Of a stretch of 37,558 nt of DNA, positions 35,265-37,558 are shown piece after piece; the first letter of the stretch is position 1, and every line of letters begins with the position of its first letter. Under the pieces are notes generated by a model. It did no database searches. It was not told the DNA's origin and saw only the letters and a program-made list of their open reading frames with translations. The position numbers and the translations under genes are program-made. The stretch comes from Armatimonadota bacterium (GTDB lineage: Bacteria; Armatimonadota; UBA10988): the NCBI GenBank assembly GCA_016235455.1, contig JACRKZ010000182.1, forward strand, positions 1-37,558, given 5' to 3'.

Positions 35265-36031
35265 GTGGTGCGAGCGAACGGCGTGTGGCTATGTGCCTGA
35301 TGGCGCATCCCGATGACTGTGAGATCCTGGCGGCGGGCACGCTCGCGCATCTCGCGCGCCGTGGCTGGGAAGTGCATATCGCCACCATGTCGCCGGGTGA
35401 CTGCGGTTCGGCCGATCTGGGGCCCGAAGCCATCTCGGCCATCCGCCGTGCCGAGGGCGCCGCCGGTGCGGCCATCATCGGCGCGACGTACCACTGCCTG
35501 GAGAGCCGCGACCTGTACATCATGTTCGACGAGCCCACGCTGCGCCGCGTCTGCAGTCTGATGCGCGCCATCGCGCCCAGCCTGGTCATCACCAACAGCC
35601 CCGACGACTACATGGTCGACCACGAGATGGCCTCCAAGCTGGCCCGTAGCGCCACCTTCGGCTATCCCATCCCCAATGTCGTGCCCGGCGCCATCCTGCC
35701 CGGCTCGGGCATCCCGCACCTCTACTACGCCGATGCGCTAGAGGGCAAGGACATCCTCGGCCGACCCATCACGCCGGGCCTGTACGTCGACATCGCCGAG
35801 ACGCTGGACACAAAAACCGAGATGCTCTGCGCCCACGCCAGCCAGCGCGAGTGGCTAAGGGCGCACCACGGCATGGACCAGTACGTCGTGTCGATGAAGG
35901 CATGGGCTTCAAAGCGAGGCCGCGAATGCGGGCTCGCGACCGCGGAGGGCTTCCGGCAGCATCTGGGCCATGCCTACCCGCAGGACTGCCTGTTGGCGCG
36001 CGAGTTGGGCGACAGCGTGGTTCGCCTGTAG
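35261..36031 (+). CDS. PIG-L/LmbE-family N-deacetylase
   Basis: Motifs AHPDDCE, IRRAEG, DYMVDHE, YVDI...K..ML.AHASQ and AEGF. ATG overlaps the MFS stop (ATGA). Confidence 0.92.
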   Translation: MSGASERRVAMCLMAHPDDCEILAAGTLAHLARRGWEVHIATMSPGDCGSADLGPEAISAIRRAEGAAGAAIIGATYHCLESRDLYIMFDEPTLRRVCSLMRAIAPSLVITNSPDDYMVDHEMASKLARSATFGYPIPNVVPGAILPGSGIPHLYYADALEGKDILGRPITPGLYVDIAETLDTKTEMLCAHASQREWLRAHHGMDQYVVSMKAWASKRGRECGLATAEGFRQHLGHAYPQDCLLARELGDSVVRL

Positions 36032-36045
36032 CGGAGCGGCCCGAA

Positions 36046-36167
36046 CCAGTGCCGGACCGCCACGCTCCAGCGTGGCATCGGCCGCGAGGCCGACAGGTGG
36101 GCCAGACTGCTGGGGGTGTCGGGTCTTCGACCCGATGCCACGCTAGAGCGTGGCGGTCCGGCACTGG
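36046..36167. repeat. 112-nt REPIN/MITE-like palindromic element, copy 2 (core 36051-36162, IR extended to 36 bp)
   Basis: Same 26-bp arms as copy 1 with one mismatch in the right arm, a 60-nt spacer, and again between convergent genes. Confidence 0.9.
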
Positions 36168-36180
36168 CGGCGATGACTCT

Positions 36181-37557
36181 TCACCGAGCCGTGCGCGGCC
36201 CGTAGTGCGGCAGGGGCTCACCGAACTCGATGGCGCCCAGGTCCGGCGCGCGGCCCGCGACCCGGTCGCCAAAGCCCGGCAACGGCTGGCCGGCGTCGAT
36301 GGCGTTGCTGTCCGCTCGCAGCCGGACATCGACGGTTCGTGGGTCGACCTGCGTGGCCACGGTGGGCGGCAGGGCCAGGCCCGAGGCGAAGGGGTTGCCG
36401 GCAAGCAGCACGGCATGGCGCTCCACGGGTGCCGTGGCGACCATGTCGCCGAACGTGGCATAGCGCCGACCGTTCCACTTGAGGAACATGCGCCAGGGGC
36501 CGCCACCGTAGCCGTCGTAGTCGAAATCGCAACCCTCCATGGCCGGCAGTGCTTCGAAGGCGTAGTTGCCGGTGGTCCCCAGCAGCAGGTTGTTGCGCCA
36601 CACCACGCGGCGCACGCGCTCGTTGGTCATTGACTCCGCGGCACCGCCACGACGCCACGAGGTGTTGTGAATGAACAGAGCGCCCGATGGGCTGTTGTGC
36701 AGCTTGAATGGTCCAAAGGCGTCGAGGTTGAAGAGCACGTTGCGGCTGACGCAGACCGGGCCGCCGTAGACCGGCTGGACGGAGACGCCGTCGAAGCAGT
36801 TGGTCAGTCGATTGGCGAAGCAGCGCGTGTTGCGCGTCGAGTAGTCCATCTCGATGCCGTCGTCGGTACACTCGCTGATGTCGTTGTAGCAGAACTCGAT
36901 GTTCTCCACGCGCGGCGACGGGAAGGTGTCGAGGCCGTCGCCGAAGCCGCGGATGCGGTTGTGGCAGACGGTCATCGCCGTGCCGGTGACCTGCACCGCT
37001 CGCGGGTCCTCGATGCCTTTCGAGCGCGGCCAGGTGCAGGGCCCTTCCATCAGATTGTCGCTTATGAACCAGCCGCGGACCTGATCGCGATCGTTGCGGG
37101 TGCAGGTGATGGCATAGTCCACCCGGTGGAACCAGCAGCGCCGCACGACCAGGCGAGAGGCATCGTGGCCCACCAGACCGAACGACGCGCCGCGGATCTC
37201 CAGTCCTTCGAACCAGACATCGTGGGTCTCCGAGGCGGAGACAGCGCGCCCCGGTCGGCGGGCGGCCCCGGCGCCGGCATCGATGATCGCCGGACCATCG
37301 CCCGCGGCCTGCCAGATGATTGGCCGGCCCGGTTGACCGCTGTGGGTGACGGTGAACACGCCGGGGTAAGTGCCGGCGTGCACCATGAGCAGGTCGCCCG
37401 GCCGGGCCGAAGCGTCGGCGGCCGCCAGGCCGCGGAGCGGGTCGGTGGCCGTGCCGGCGCCGCCGCCGCCACCTGGCACAACGTGCCGCACGCGTTGGTT
37501 GGCGGGCGCTTCGGGCTCGGCCAGTGTGGAGGCGGTCAGGAGCCGCTCGGTCTCGGC
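36181..37557 (-). CDS. Right-handed parallel beta-helix protein (polysaccharide-lyase/DUF1565-like), 5'-truncated by the window edge
   Basis: The frame is open to the window end. Motifs GTATDPL, PGDLLMVHAGTY, repeated N-x-I strands, DDGIEMD and C-terminal SNAIDAG...APDLGAIE. Confidence 0.85.
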   Translation of the reverse strand, partial: AETERLLTASTLAEPEAPANQRVRHVVPGGGGGAGTATDPLRGLAAADASARPGDLLMVHAGTYPGVFTVTHSGQPGRPIIWQAAGDGPAIIDAGAGAARRPGRAVSASETHDVWFEGLEIRGASFGLVGHDASRLVVRRCWFHRVDYAITCTRNDRDQVRGWFISDNLMEGPCTWPRSKGIEDPRAVQVTGTAMTVCHNRIRGFGDGLDTFPSPRVENIEFCYNDISECTDDGIEMDYSTRNTRCFANRLTNCFDGVSVQPVYGGPVCVSRNVLFNLDAFGPFKLHNSPSGALFIHNTSWRRGGAAESMTNERVRRVVWRNNLLLGTTGNYAFEALPAMEGCDFDYDGYGGGPWRMFLKWNGRRYATFGDMVATAPVERHAVLLAGNPFASGLALPPTVATQVDPRTVDVRLRADSNAIDAGQPLPGFGDRVAGRAPDLGAIEFGEPLPHYGPRTAR

Positions 37558-37558
37558 G

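Noticed and set aside
27341-36167. Palindromic repeats considered as a CRISPR array or as ends of one 8.8-kb composite element
   Set aside because: There is no tandem repeat-spacer series and no cas gene. Each copy is self-contained, and the enclosed genes (such as glnE) are housekeeping, with no transposase.

Overview
A very GC-rich (about 70% by eye), gene-dense chromosomal segment from a bacterium. The gene mix (DUF6785/6784-type membrane protein, DUF4838 protein, URO-D-like protein, CBM-fused glycoside-hydrolase-like proteins) suggests Armatimonadota or a similar lineage; this is an inference. About 28 real CDSs are present, and most other ORFs in the track are antisense or frame shadows caused by high GC at third codon positions. 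Recognisable genes: Memo/AmrB (5'-truncated) with a SAMHD1-like HD hydrolase; an ECF sigma / anti-sigma / HtrA / beta-propeller cluster; an orphan DppC/OppC-type permease; GNAT-murJ-DUF6785; a wHTH-AAA ATPase; a CheY-like regulator; a ROK kinase; mfd; a DUF4838 protein; a YcgL/RlaP-type nucleotidyltransferase; glnE; an Fe-S flavoprotein / URO-D-like / MFS / PIG-L operon; and a beta-helix protein truncated at the window edge. I found no rRNA, tRNA, CRISPR array, integrase or transposase. Non-coding signals: two copies of a 112-nt REPIN/MITE-like palindrome, a second palindrome type before mfd, a shared putative ECF promoter motif, several sigma70 promoters and probable leaderless genes. No single new system is proven. 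The best candidates are the URO-D-like operon, the GNAT-murJ-DUF6785 operon, the Memo-HD pair, an ART-fold-like lipoprotein and the repeat family.
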